Positions 10,001 to 22,971 of a stretch of 64,000 nt of DNA are shown here, one piece after another (position 1 is the first letter of the stretch; each line of letters opens with the position of its first letter). The stretch comes from Macrostomum lignano (lineage: Eukaryota). A program made the translations under genes and the position numbers. The stretch lies in the NCBI GenBank assembly GCA_002269645.1, contig NIVC01000808.1, forward strand, positions 1 to 64,000. Direction: 5' to 3'. Under the pieces are notes generated by a model. It saw only the letters and a list, made by a program, of their open reading frames with translations, searched no databases and had not been told where the DNA came from.

Positions 10001-13000
10001 CTTCAGCTAGTTTGTCAAGGCTTATGCAATATAAGATTTCAAAATCTATGGGCTTTTAAGGTTTATAACATAGGTTGTGGGTAAGAAATGTTTTCAATGC
10101 TAAAGAGATTAAATATTTTTAAAAAATTGTATTTTTTTAAGTAATCATGATTTGGGTAAAAATTAGCTGACTGAATTCTAAGATTTTAATGGGATGATAG
10201 CTTTTTATCATCAGTTTATTGGCTAAATTGTGACTCCAACTTTAATTGTGTCTTTATAAAATAAGATTCTCTTGCCATATGGTAGCATAGCACAAGATTG
10301 CATTGCAACTTTATTATATTAAACTTAATTTAAATTGTTACCATGTAGTTGCACACTAACTTGACTGACTGACTAAGAAATTGGTTATGTTATAGCTGCC
10401 TACTATAGATTTTTTACTTAAACTGACTTGATATGAGAACAATTTTATAACTGATAAAAATCATGTCATTGGTTAATCAGGAACTAGCCTAGATGTTTAT
10501 AGGTAGTCTGTGTTTTAGCTTTGATTTCCTAAAGTTTTTTTAAACTCAAAATGTACTTAACAAACTTAAATAAATGAATATAACAAGTATATGGGTAAGT
10601 AAATGTGGTAAGCCACTATAATATAGACAATGGTAGGTGAAATGTCATCTATCAAATGTGAAACCACATGTTCACACTAGCTGGGATTTACACTAACCCT
10701 TCAATTTTATCAGACTTTTTTCTTCACTATTGTAGAGTCTGGCCGAAGTGTTCAGCTGCTTCATCTGCATGGAGCGACTCCGGGATGCCAGACTCTGTCC
10801 GCACTGCTCTAAGCTGTGCTGCTTTGTCTGCATCTGTGTAAGCGAACAGTAATTCATTTTGTATGTTCAACTTTTAATTAATGCAGTTTTTAGCTTGGAA
10901 ATATTGGGAAAGTTGGGGGCCCACTTTTTCATTTAGAAATTCCCGAAAGCTTTCAAGAATGTTGATCGCTAATGAACAGCGATCTGCTTTTAGCAAGCCT
11001 GCATTATCTGTCCTTAAGTGCAGTTGTTATGAAATTTTGATGGCAGCATAAGGCCGCATGTTAATTTACCATTCCAGCGTTGGATCACCGAACAGAGGCC
11101 TCAGTGTCCGCATTGCAGGTAAATAGACGCTTATATTTAAATAATTTATTATTCTAAGGAAGCAAGAGTAAGTAGCTCAGTGGGTGCCTCGTTAGCCTTG
11201 AGCCTGTGTACATATCCGTGCTCTGGGGTCAGCGGAATGGGCATGCAGACTGCTTGCTTCCTCGCTGACTGTTGTCCTTGATTTGCTAAGCAGCCTATTA
11301 TGGCTCTTATTGATTGGCACTATAATGTAATTGGAATTGTTTCAGAGCCCGCCTACGCATCCAGGATCTAGTGAAGTGCCGCTGGGCTGATGACGTCACC
11401 TCTCAGCTGGACCAGCTGCAGAATCAGCCGCCAAATTCGGCCCGTTCAGCTTCCAGCGGAGCCTCGACGTCCAGCGTAGGCGGCGCCGTGGGCGGCAGCG
11501 GCGGCGCCGGTCCCGACAGCGGCGCTGTTAGCGGCGGCGCCACGGCCAGCGATCAGTGCGAGTCGCACAAAGAGAAACTGTCAGTATTCTGCCAGTCCTG
11601 CCAGCTGTCGGTGTGTCACAAGTGCGCCCTATTCGATGCCAGACACGCGCAGCACAAGTTCGAGCCGCTAGACAGCGTCTACGAGAATCACGTCAGGCGC
11701 GTGCAGGAACGGGTGGATCAGCTGAAACGACGCAATATGGAATTGACGGCTATGATACAGGAAGTTGTGAGTTGGTCAAAAAATGTCAAGTTAAACTACT
11801 CTCGATTCAGTAGTATGCTGTAATAATTACACTTTATCCAGATCTCTTATCAGCGCGACTGATTCGTCAGTGGCCAATAATAATAGAAAAAATTTTATTT
11901 ATTACTTGCCAGCCTATACTACTGTTAGTAGAAATAGGAGTAAAACAGAAAGAATAAAATGATTTTTAATTAGTTATGTAGTTGATTATAGTAAATATAC
12001 GTTTTTTCGTCCTTTTTATCTATACAATTTGATTTAATTTTCCAGGAAAAGAACATGGAGTCGGTGAAACAGGCCAAGGACGAACGGGTTCGAGAGATTC
12101 GCAACGCAGTCGAACTGATGATCACCCGGCTGGATAGCCAGCTCAAGGCTAAGCTGGTCACATTAATGACCCAACGGAATCATCTAGTGCAGGAGACTGA
12201 ACTGCTCGAGGCTCTGCTCAATCAGGTTGAATACAAGGTCTGCATGCTGTCTAAGAGTCAATTAATAACAAAATCTGCTGAAATTCTCACCTTGTTCAAC
12301 GAGATTCACAGGTAATGAGAAATATAAAAAATTACTCAACCTTATTTAGCAAACTTTTCCTGTGCAATTCTGTTTTGGATACTCAAATTTATTTGTAACG
12401 AGGGTGATAAACCACCTGTCACCAGGTAGGGCTAATACCCCTCTCACCAGGTAGCGGTATGACCCGTGTCACCAGTTAGGGCTATGACCCCTGTCACCAG
12501 GTAGGGCTAAGACCCCCGTCACCAAGTCGAGCTATGACCCCTGTCACCAGGTAGGGATATGACCCCTGTCACCAGGTAGTGCTATGACCCGTGTGTCACC
12601 AGGTAGGGCTATTACCCCTGTCACCAGGTAGTGAGTGCTATTACCCCTGTCACCAGGTAGGGCTATGACCCCTGTCACCAGGTAGCGCTATGACCCGTAT
12701 CACCAGGTAGGGCTATGACCCCTGTCACCAGGTAGGGCTATGACCCCTGTCACCAGGTAGGGCTATGACCCCCGTCACCAAGTCGAGCTATGACCCCTGT
12801 CACCAGGTAGCGCTATGACCCGTATCACCAGGTAGGGCTATGATCCGTCACCAGGTAGGGCTATGACCCCTGTCACCAGGTAGGGCTATGACCCCTGTCA
12901 CCAGGTAGGGCTATGACCCCTGTCACCAGGTAGGGCTATGACCCCTGTCACCAGGTAGGGCTATGACCCCTGTCACCAGGTAGGGCTATGACCCCTGTCA

Positions 13001-15610
13001 CCAGGTAGGGCTATGACCCCTGTCACCAGGTAGGGCTATGACCCCTGTCACCAGGTAGGGCTATGACCCCTGTCACCAGGTAGGGCTATGACCCCTGTCA
13101 CCAGGTAGGGCTAGGATAACTCTAGAATAATAAATTCTCTAATAATAAATAATAAAAATTCTCCCCCCAACAGGCAGCCAATGGGCAGTTTCGTGAGCGC
13201 CCCAGTGCCGGCCGAATTCCAATCGGAGATTGTGCCCCAGTACGACAGCAGCACGTTTCGCATGGAACAGTTCAGCCAGCTGCAGCAGAGAGCAGATCCG
13301 GTATATAGCGATCCGCTGCTGGTTAGCGGCCTGAGCTGGCGTCTAAAAGTCTATCCTGATGGCAATGGAGTTGTGCGCGGCAACTACCTGTCAGTGTTTC
13401 TAGAGCTCACAGCCGGCCTGCCAGAGACTAGCAAATACGAATATCGAGTAGAGATGGTGCACCAGCAGTCTCGCGATCCCACTAGGAATATTGTCCGCGA
13501 ATTCGCGTCTGACTTCGATATTGGAGAATGCTGGGGCTATAATCGGTTCTTTCGATTGGACTTGCTCAGCAGCGAGGGATATTTGGATAGTGACTGCCTG
13601 TTGCTCAGATTTCAGGTGAGCATGAGCTGGTATTTAGTCACCTGTCATATTCAGTGACTCTCCTGCATTCCCTAGCTGTCATATTCAGTGACTCTCCTGC
13701 ATTCCCTAGCTGTCATATTCAGTGACTCTCCTGCATTCCCTAGCTGTCATATTCAGTGACTCTGCTGCATTCCCTAGCTGTCATATTCAGTGACTCTCCT
13801 GCATTCCCTAGCTGTCATATTCAGTGACTCTCCTGCATTCCCTAGCTGTCATATTCAGTGACTCTGCTGCATTCCCTAGCTGTCATATTCAGTGACTCTC
13901 CTGCATTCCCTAGCTGTCATATTCAGTGACTCTCCTGCATTCCCTAGCTGTCATATTCAGTGACTCTCCTGCATTCCCTAGCTGACATATTCAGTGACTC
14001 TCCTGCATTCCCTAGCTGACATATTCAGTGACTCTCCTGCATTCTCTAGCTGTCATATTCAGTGACTCTGCTGCATTCCCTAGCTGTCATATTCAGTGAC
14101 TCCTGCATTCCCTAGCTGTCATATTCAGTGACTCTGCTGCATTCCCTAGCTGTCATATTCAGTGACTCCTGCATTCCCTAGCTGTCATATTCAGTGACTC
14201 CTGCATTACCTAGCTGTCATATTCAGTGACTCCTGCATTCCCTAGCTGTCATATTCAGTGACTCTGCTGCATTCCCTAAGCTGTCATATTCAGTGACTCT
14301 GCTGCATTCCCTAGCTGTCATATTCAGTGACTCCTGCATTCCCTAGCTGTCATATTCAGTGACTCCTGCATTCCCTAGCTGTCATATTCAGTGACTCTGC
14401 TGCATTCCCTAGCTGTCATATTCAGTGACTCTCCTGCATTCCCTAGCTGTCATATTCAGTGACTCTCCTGCATTCCCTAGCTGTCATATTCAGTGACTCT
14501 GCATCCTCTTCCCCATCCCGCTAAAGCTACAAAGCAAATCTCTCCATTATCGCCGAAACGCCGCAGGTTCGACCGCCCACCTACCAGCAAAAATGCCGCG
14601 ACCTCACCTGGTACGTGGCCCAATTGGAGTCTGCCCAGGATCAGCAGCTGAGCACCATCGCCCAGCTCCAGGAGCGTCTGGCTTTATCTGCTCGATCTGT
14701 CGCCTCCAGCACCGCGGGAGGCACCGCCGCCGCCGCCGCTGCTTCGACGTCCGTCGCCTCCTCCAGCCAGCAGCCGCTGCCGCCGCCCTATCCGCCTCCC
14801 AGCGACCTTCCTCGCCGGCCCGCGTTGAACCGGTACTCTGCTGTATCTGGCGCTGCTGCCGCCGCTGCCGCCGAAACTCCGGTAAGCGATGACGCCGCCG
14901 AAGCCGAAGTCGACGATGTTGACGCTGGGGACCGTCTAGACGTCAGACGAGACAATGAAGAGGACAGCGTCGATGATTTGCTGGAAACGCCGGCGTCGAT
15001 GGCCGGCTTTAGTTATTCTTTAGACATGTACCGGTCCATCGACGGCACGGACGGCGATGATGATGATGATGAGGAGGAAGCTGACGATGATGATGAGGAT
15101 GATGATGCCCTATCCGATACGCCATACCGTAATCCCAATAGAAGACCAGACGAAGAAAGAAAGGAGGACAACCCCCAAGTGCCATCTTTATCACTTCAAA
15201 GAAGGTTCACAGATTTGCGTGATGACATCAGCGAAGTTCTGTCATCCGCCGCCGTCGCCGGCTCTATCGATTTAGCGGAGAACGACATCGACGAGGAGGT
15301 CAACCTGTGCGACAATGATGTCGAAGCTACCTCTAGGCCGGCGTTGTCGGCGGCAATGGCGTCGGCGTCCAGTGTCGCAGTCGATGGCGGCGACGCTGCC
15401 GGTGACATCACTTCGCCGTCGGAGTCGCCCGATTTCATTGGCGGCGGCTTCGTGGACTCGTTTGTCGCCATGTGGCCACGGCCGCCTGTGTCAACTTTGA
15501 CGTCCGCCGAGATGTCGGCCGACGCTGATTCGAATTGGCGGCCGACGCCGCCGACGCAGCAGCAGCAGCAGCAGAGCCAGAAACCGCCGCAGGCTGACGG
15601 TGCTAAGTAG
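7003..15610 (+). CDS. TRIM37: E3 ubiquitin ligase TRIM37 (RING, B-box, coiled coil, MATH, acidic tail), 787 aa. join(7003..7050,10736..10837,11078..11118,11346..11766,12046..12311,13174..13615,14567..15610)
   Basis: [117 protein letters not shown] closely match TRIM37. All introns are GT-AG and the total of 2364 nt is in frame. AATAAA at 16084. Confidence 0.95.
12416..13113 (+). repeat. 25-bp minisatellite (CTGTCACCAGGTAGGGCTATGACCC), ~28 copies, TRIM37 intron 5
   Basis: Direct reading of the periodicity. Diverged units at the 5' end, homogeneous at the 3' end. Confidence 0.95.
13642..14500 (+). repeat. 32-34-bp minisatellite (CTGTCATATTCAGTGACTCTCCTGCATTCCCTAG), ~26 copies, TRIM37 intron 6
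   Basis: Direct reading. Fills most of the intron 13616-14566. Confidence 0.95.
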
Positions 15611-16685
15611 GCAGTTGCTGTTGCACCCTGTAGCCTTTCCTTTGTGGCTTTGTGGATCTGATAGGGGGTCAACTGACCCCTCTGACCCCCGTCTAGATCG
15701 GCCATCATATGCAAATATAAAGGATGCTGTTTATGACGAAAGAAAAGTAAAATTCTCAATGTGATATTTGTGTCGCAGTTTAGTTTGTATACATATGCAT
15801 AGGACCATAAGCATACGGCCGTAGTGTTTTTCTTGGCCTATTTGTCTTTGTTTTTAAGTTGCAAATTAGTATTTGTTTATTAATTTACCCTCTAAATATT
15901 GGCGACCAATCGAAATGACAATGTTTAGTATCCTTGATTTCTTACTGTTTTTAATGCACATATATATACAGGTAGCATACATTTGACTATGCTGTTTTTA
16001 AGCTTCGATTCACTGCTGCTGAGCGCAAATATTTTTCTAATTGCATACATATGCTGTATATAAAGTTGATACTCGATCTATTTAATAAAAATGAAACTGA
16101 TTGACCCAGCAACAACTGCGCCCCATCGCCCTTTACCCGACCTGCTATACGGCACAAAAGTTTTGTAAGTATTTTGTCGATTCGTTTGTGCCGCGTGACA
16201 GCTTGAGGTGCTGGGGAGGGAGGGTAGTTGTTTCTGAGTTATACTTCCTAAGGCTGGTACCAAGATACGGGCGTATTGTTTATTGTTATTTAAAGAGTTA
16301 AAACCTTGTGACAGGTGGCAATACTGGTTACCGTGAGTTAGTTAGACAGGTTATTGATTGGTAGGTGTAGCCAGCGCAATTTCTGCTTCTAGTAGAGAGG
16401 AGGTTTCTGTTTGCAGCTGATAGCGAGGGGGGCAGACTTCTGTTATACAATATTGATAAGAAAGCCACAGGGAACCGTGTGTGCTGATATGATTGCCTGA
16501 GAGTGAGACTGGTCTGTTAATAGAATTATTTACTCGTAGCTAAGTGCTCCGCTTCTGTCATCAGTTTCTGTGAGCAGCCTAAATTCTTTCAAGTGTACTT
16601 TTACACTGCCATCTCGTTTGCATATTTTGCGTCTAGATGTTTTAGGACTTAGCATATCTCTACCAGGATTCGAGTGTATAAGTAG

Positions 16686-16849
16686 CAGGATGCAGGTGCA
16701 TAGGTAACAGGATGCAGGTGCATAGGTAACAGGATACAGGTGCATAGGTAACAGGATGCAGGTGCATAGGTAACAGAATGCAGGTGCATAGGTAACAGGA
16801 TGCAGGTGCATAGGTAACAGGATGCAGGTGCAAAGGTAACAGGATGCAG
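16686..16849 (+). repeat. 22-bp tandem repeat (CAGGATGCAGGTGCATAGGTAA), ~7 copies, just upstream of the WDR82 ATG
   Basis: Direct reading. Lies between a candidate donor GTGAGT at 16333 and an acceptor CATTGCAG ending at 16867, i.e. a probable 5'UTR intron or outron. Confidence 0.9.
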
Positions 16850-16874
16850 GTCCGCCTCGCATTGCAGCCCCGCC

Positions 16875-18301
16875 ATGCGCCTATTGGACTCAACCTTGTG
16901 CGGCTTCAAAACCGTCAAGGTGATGAAGGAGAACGCCGACAAGGTTAATTGCATCAACTTCGCCGCCAACGGCGACACCCTCATAGCTAGCTCTGACGAT
17001 GATCTCATCGTCATCTACGACTGCATCGAGGGTGCACCAAAGCGGACGCTGAACTCGAAAAAGTACGGCGTTGATCTCATCCAGTTCACCCACGCAGCCA
17101 ACACCGCTATTCATTGTTCAACTAAAGTTGACGATACCATACGCTTCTTGTCGCTGCACGATAACAAGTACATCCGGTACTTTCCCGGGCACACTCGGAA
17201 GGTCACCTCGCTGTGTATGTCGCCTGTTGATGACACTTTCCTCAGCGGGGCCGCCGACCGCACCATCCGCCTGTGGGACCTGCGCTCGCCCTCCTGCCAG
17301 GGTCTCATGCACGTGACCGGCCGCCCTGTGGCTGCGTTTGACCCAGAGGGATTAATCTTTGCTGCCGGAGTCAATTCCGAGTGCATCAAGCTGTACGACT
17401 TGCGCTCCTTTGACAAAGGACCGTTCGCCACCTTTAAGGTGAATTTTGTCACTGACTGATGCTTTGGGGAGCCGCTGAGTGTACATAGCATGTACATATA
17501 CAGTTACACCGCTATGTACATTCACATGCGCATGTACACACCGACTCACCCCTATGTACATTCACGCGCGCATGTACACACCGACTCACCCCTATGTACA
17601 TTCACGCATGAACACACCGACTCACCCCTATATACATTCACGCATGTACACACCGACTCACCCCTATGTAAATTCACGCGCACATGTACACACTGACTCA
17701 CCCCTATGTACATTCACGCATGTACACACCCACTCACCCCTATGCACATTCACGCGCGCATGTACACACCCACCCGTCAATCAATACACAAAACTGCTTC
17801 GCCAACCCGCAGGTCCCGGCCGTGTCATTCGGCGACAGCGCCGGCGGCCCGGCTGGTGGCGGCAACACGGCCGAGTGGACCCACCTGAAGTTCAGCCCGG
17901 ACGGCAAGCTCATCCTGGTGTGCACCAACGGCTCCGCCATGCGCCTCATTGACGCCTTCACTGGCCGGGCTCTGCACGCCTTCACCGGCTACAAGAACTC
18001 TCGCCAGCTCAGCCTGGAGGCCAGCTTCACTCCGGACAGCCAGTTCGTCTTGGCCGGGAGCCTTGACGGCCGGGTGCACGCCTGGAACAGCGACACCGGC
18101 CAGAAGGTGACGGTGCTTAACGCCTACGAAGGCTCTCAGCAGCAGCCGGCGCAGCCGCAGCAGCCGCCATTGACTCCGACGTCGGCGGCGCCGCCGGAGG
18201 AGGTGGCACCGATAACCTGCGTCCAGTTCAATCCGAAATACATGATGATGGCCACCGCCTCCAACTACATGGCCTTCTGGCTGCCCTATATTGACGAGTG
18301 A
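16875..18301 (+). CDS. WDR82: WD repeat protein 82 (Swd2, SET1/COMPASS and PP1-PNUTS subunit), 350 aa. join(16875..17438,17813..18301)
   Basis: [122 protein letters not shown] are WDR82 signatures. GT-AG intron 17439-17812 in phase 0. Confidence 0.95.
17487..17771 (+). repeat. 36-38-bp minisatellite (TGTACATTCACGC[GC]ATGTACACACCGACTCACCCCTA), ~7 copies, WDR82 intron
   Basis: Direct reading. Confidence 0.9.
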
Positions 18302-18454
18302 CCCGCTGCCCGCCCTCTGTTACAAACTGTATTTCTTGTCTCGCGTTCTCTCTGTACATATCGGACTGTTTAGATGGTCATTATCCCCGGCTCCTGTGCT
18401 TGCTGTCTGTCAGCTAAACTCTAACTGTTTCTTGGGTGTTTTCGTTGTATTTAG

Positions 18455-18820
18455 CAACCGTTGCTATGAGAACCAGTTGTATTACTAACCGTTGCTAAGG
18501 AGTTGCTATATCAGCAACTGTTGCTAAAGTGTTGTATTAGCAACTGTCGCTAAAGCTTTAACCGTTGCTAAGGACCTGCTGTTTTACCAACCGTTGCTAA
18601 GGACCTGCTGTTTTACCAACCGTTGCTAAGGACCTGCTGTTTTACCAACCGTTGCTAAGGACCTGCTGTTTTACCAACCGTTGCTAAGGACCTGCTGTTT
18701 TACCAACCGTTGCTAAGATGTTTTCATAAATTATAACCGTTGTTAATTAAGGAGTTGTTCTATCAGCAACCGTTGCTAAAGAGTCGTATTAGCAACCGTT
18801 GCTAAGGGGTTGTATTAGCA
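18455..18820 (+). repeat. 29-bp repeat (AACCGTTGCTAAGGACCTGCTGTTTTACC), ~5 exact copies with degenerate CAACCGTTGCTA flanks, WDR82 3' region
   Basis: Exact copies at ~18561-18718. Motif relics on both sides. Confidence 0.85.
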
Positions 18821-19164
18821 AGAACTAAGGGTCTTGGACTTAGCGAAAAACAAACCGCTGTCTCGAAAAAAGGTTCAAATCTTAAGTTTAATACGAGATA
18901 TTTTTATGCTTGCTCGGTCGCATCTCATTGCGTGTATGCTAGCTCTAGTTTAAGTTTTTGGTTTGTCTGTCTTTTAGAAAAGTGTCTAATGTACTTTGTC
19001 TGTCAATCTGTATACCCAATAAAGTACAAATTGCAGCTATTGTGGCTTGTTGGCAATCCGAGCGCATTTAGCACTGCTGACTGATTGCAGCGTTTCATGC
19101 AATTGTTTACTCCTTTTCTATCGACTTTTGTTTCTGAATTTTTCTAAATTTTGAATGAAATAAC

Positions 19165-20780
19165 GATCTGACAATTCTGTTCGTATAGGGATCTGACAAT
19201 TCTGTTCGTATAGGGATCTGACAATTCTGTTCATATAGGGATCTGACAATTCGGATAGGGACCTGACAATGCGGATAGGGATCTGACAATTCGGATAGGG
19301 ACCTGACAATGCGGATAGGGATCTGACAATATGGATAGGGATCTGACAATGTGGATAGGGACCTGACAATGCGGATACGGATCTGACAATTCCGATAGGG
19401 ATCTGACAATATGGATACGGATCTGACAATTCCGATAGGGATCTGACTATGCGGATAAGGATCTGACAATGCGGATAGGGATCTGACAATGCGGATAAGG
19501 ATCTGACAATGCGGATAAGGATCTGACAATGAGGATAAGGATCTGACAATGCGGATAGGGATCTGACAATGCGGATAAGGATCTGACAATGCGGATACGG
19601 ATCTGACAATGTGGATAAGGATCTGACATTGCGGATAAGGATCTGACAATGCGGATAGGGATCTGACAATGCGGATACGGATCTGACAATGCGGATACGG
19701 ATCTGACAATGCGGATACGGATCTGACAATGAGGATAAGGATCTGACAATGCGGATACGGATCTGACAATGCGGATAAGGATCTGACAATGCGGATACGG
19801 ATCTGACAATTCCGATAGGGATCTGACAATGCGGATACGGATCTGACAATGAGGATAAGGATCTGACAATGCGGATAGGGATCTGACAATGCGGATAAGG
19901 ATCTGACAATGCGGATACGGATCTGACAATGTGGATAAGGATCTGACATTGCGGATAAGGATCTGACAATGCGGATAGGGATCTGACAATGCGGATACGG
20001 ATCTGACAATGCGGATAAGGATCTGACAATTCCGATAGGGATCTGACAATGAGGAAAAGGATCTGACAATGCGGATACGGATCTGACAATGCGGATACGG
20101 ATCTGACAATGCGGATACGGATCTGACAATGTGGATAAGGATCTGACATTGCGGATAAGGATCTGACAATGCGGATAGGGATCTGACAATGCGGATACGG
20201 ATCTGACAATGCGGATAAGGATCTGACAATTCCGATAGGGATCTGACAATGAGGAAAAGGATCTGACAATGCGGATACGGATCTGACAATGCGGATACGG
20301 ATCTGACAATGCGGATAGGGATCTGACAATGAGGATAAGGATCTGACAATGCGGATACGGATCTGACTATGCGGATAAGGATCTGACAATGCGGATAGGG
20401 ATCTGAAAATTCCGATAGGGATCTGACAATGCGGATACGGATCTGACAATGCGGATACGGATCTGACAATTCCGATAGGGATCTGACAATGCGGATAAGG
20501 ATCTGACAATGCGGATACGGATCTGACAATGAGGATAAGGATCTGACAATGCGGATACGGATCTGACAATGAGGATAAGGATCTGACAATGCGGATAGGG
20601 ATCTGACAATGAGGATAAGGATCTGACAATGCGGATACGGATCTGACAATGCGGATACGGATCTGACAATGCGGAGAAGGATCTGACAATGCGGATAAGG
20701 TTCTGACAATGAGGATAAGGATCTGACAATGCGGATATGGATCTGACAATGCGGATAAGGATCTGACAATGCAGATAGGG
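19165..20780 (+). repeat. 20-bp satellite (GATCTGACAATGCGGATA[A/G/C]G), ~80 copies, between the convergent WDR82 and ETS 3' ends
   Basis: Exact 20-bp phase on every 60-bp line. It explains the spurious 400-562-aa minus-strand ORFs. Confidence 0.97.
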
Positions 20781-21143
20781 AATAAAAAGGAAATGAAAAG
20801 ACTCAATTCAGATAAGGATAGGGATCTGACAATCCCTATCCCTACACGACTTTCGAATTTGATACCAAAGACGTGTTCAGTCCGCTTTCTAATATACTTA
20901 GCTAAATTAAAGTAAAGCTTATAAAAAGTACATTAAACTAAAAACAATAAAATTTATTTCAACTTTTTGTACCATTTGCTGCGGTTAACCATTTGAAAAG
21001 GCATTAATAATATTGTCTCTCAGTTGCTAAGGAAATGACGGTATCTGGTTATGTGAAAGTAAAATAACAGATCTCAGTTTCTAATTCTAATATAAGTGGC
21101 ACTGGCAGCTGTTTGCGATCTGTGAATATATCTGGGTCAGTGC

Positions 21144-22919
21144 TTAGGCATAGAAGTCCTGCTGCATCCGCTGCTGCGCAAACTCCTGCAAAGTGTGGCG
21201 CAGTCGTTCCATCTCTTCTAGGGACTGCCTGCCCAGCTTGTAAACCCGCTTCTTTTTGCACCTGCCGGAGTCCTGGGCAGCGAAATATCCTCCTGTGGCA
21301 GCGTTGCCGCGTCGCACCCTGTTATAGGGCGAGAATTAAGCCATGAAACAGTAAGATTCTTCATAGATCCCCACTTATCAGATCCACATTTCTTAACTCA
21401 GATACATATCTATAGTCTCTGATATCATTTTTAACCTATGATCCCCATTTGTAGTCTCAATTATCCCATTTATAGCCTCAGATCCCCATTTCTAATCTCA
21501 GATCCCATTTATAATCTCAGATCCCCATTTCTAATCTCATCCGCATTTCTAATCTCAGATCCCCATTTCTAATCTCAGATCCCCATTTCTAATCTCATCC
21601 GCATTTCTAATCTCAGATCCCCATTTCTAATCTCATCCGCATTTCTAATCTCAGATCCCCATTTCTAATCTCAGATTCCCATTTCGAATCTCAGATTCCC
21701 ATTTCGAATCTCAGATCCCCATTTCTAATCTCAGATCCCATTTATAATCTCAGATCCCCATTTCTAATCTCAAATCCGCATTTCTAATCTCAGATCCCCA
21801 TTTTTAATCTCAGATTCCCATTTCTAATCTCAGATCCGCATTTCTAATCTCAGATCCCCATTTTTAATCTCAGATCCCCATTTATAATCTCAGATCCGCA
21901 TTTCTAATCTCAGATCCCCATTTATAATCTCAGATCCCCATTTCTAATCTCAGATCCTCATTTTTAATCTCAGATTCCCATTTCTAATCTCAGATCCCCA
22001 TTTATAATCTCAGATCCCCATATCTCAGATCCCCATATCTCAGATCCCCATGTATAATCTCAGATCCCCATTTCTAGTCTCAGATCCCCATTTTTAATCT
22101 CAGATTCCCATTTCTAATCTCAGATTCCCATAAGCAGACACAGGTCCCCCCATCAGTAAACACAGATCCCCATCAGGAAGTGCAGTGTCGCACCGCATGG
22201 CCCTGGCAAAGGTCTCGTATTTGCCAGTCCGGTTCCCTTTGATCCTCTGCCACAGCAGCGCCATGGTCTCCGTGTCCAGCGCCTTGAAGAAGCCGCTCTG
22301 GCCGCTGCAGCGCCGGCCCAGTTGGTCGCAGAAGGCGAGAATTCCAGCCAGACCGGCCGGGAAGTTGATGGCGCCATTCAGGGCGCCCTGGGTGATGAGC
22401 AGCACGATGAGGATGACTTCGTGAACTCGAACCCGCGATGAGAGACCGTCAGGCCGGTTGCCGCGGCTTTCTGGGGTTGATTGATTGATTGATTAATTGG
22501 TTGGCTGGTAGTTTGGTAGATTGATTGGTAGTTTGGTAGGTGGATACACGAGCGTAGTTGTAGCCTAGTACGAGTAGGTTGGTAGGTTAAAAGGCGGGTA
22601 GTTTGGTTGGTAGATTGGTAGGCTGGTAGATTGGTAGGTTGGTAGATTGTTAGGTTGGTAGGTTGGTAGATTGGTTGGTTGGTAGATTGGTAGGTTGATA
22701 GATTGGTTGGTTGGTAGATTGGTAGGTTGGTAGGTTGGCAGATTGGTAGGTTGGTAGATTGTTTAGTAAATAAGTAGACTGGTAGTAGTTTGGAAAATTT
22801 TATCGTTGCTCTCACCAATAATCAGTTTTATGAAGTCGGACATCTCCTTAATCTCCTGCTCACGACTCGCCTCTGGATAGACAAGCTTCTGCGACGGCGG
22901 CTGCTGCTGCTGCGGCGGC

Positions 22920-22971
<52 letters not shown>

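Noticed and set aside
9672-10010. 112-aa ORF in TRIM37 intron 1
   Set aside because: AT-rich, TTG start, no domain recognised. Could be a decayed transposon fragment, but I cannot support that.
11165-11240. A-box-like GTAGCTCAGTGG in TRIM37 intron 3
   Set aside because: No B-box and no second copy in the window.
19107-20806. 400-562-aa minus-strand ORFs (SDPYPHCQI...)
   Set aside because: They are stop-free readings of the 20-bp satellite in all three frames, not genes.
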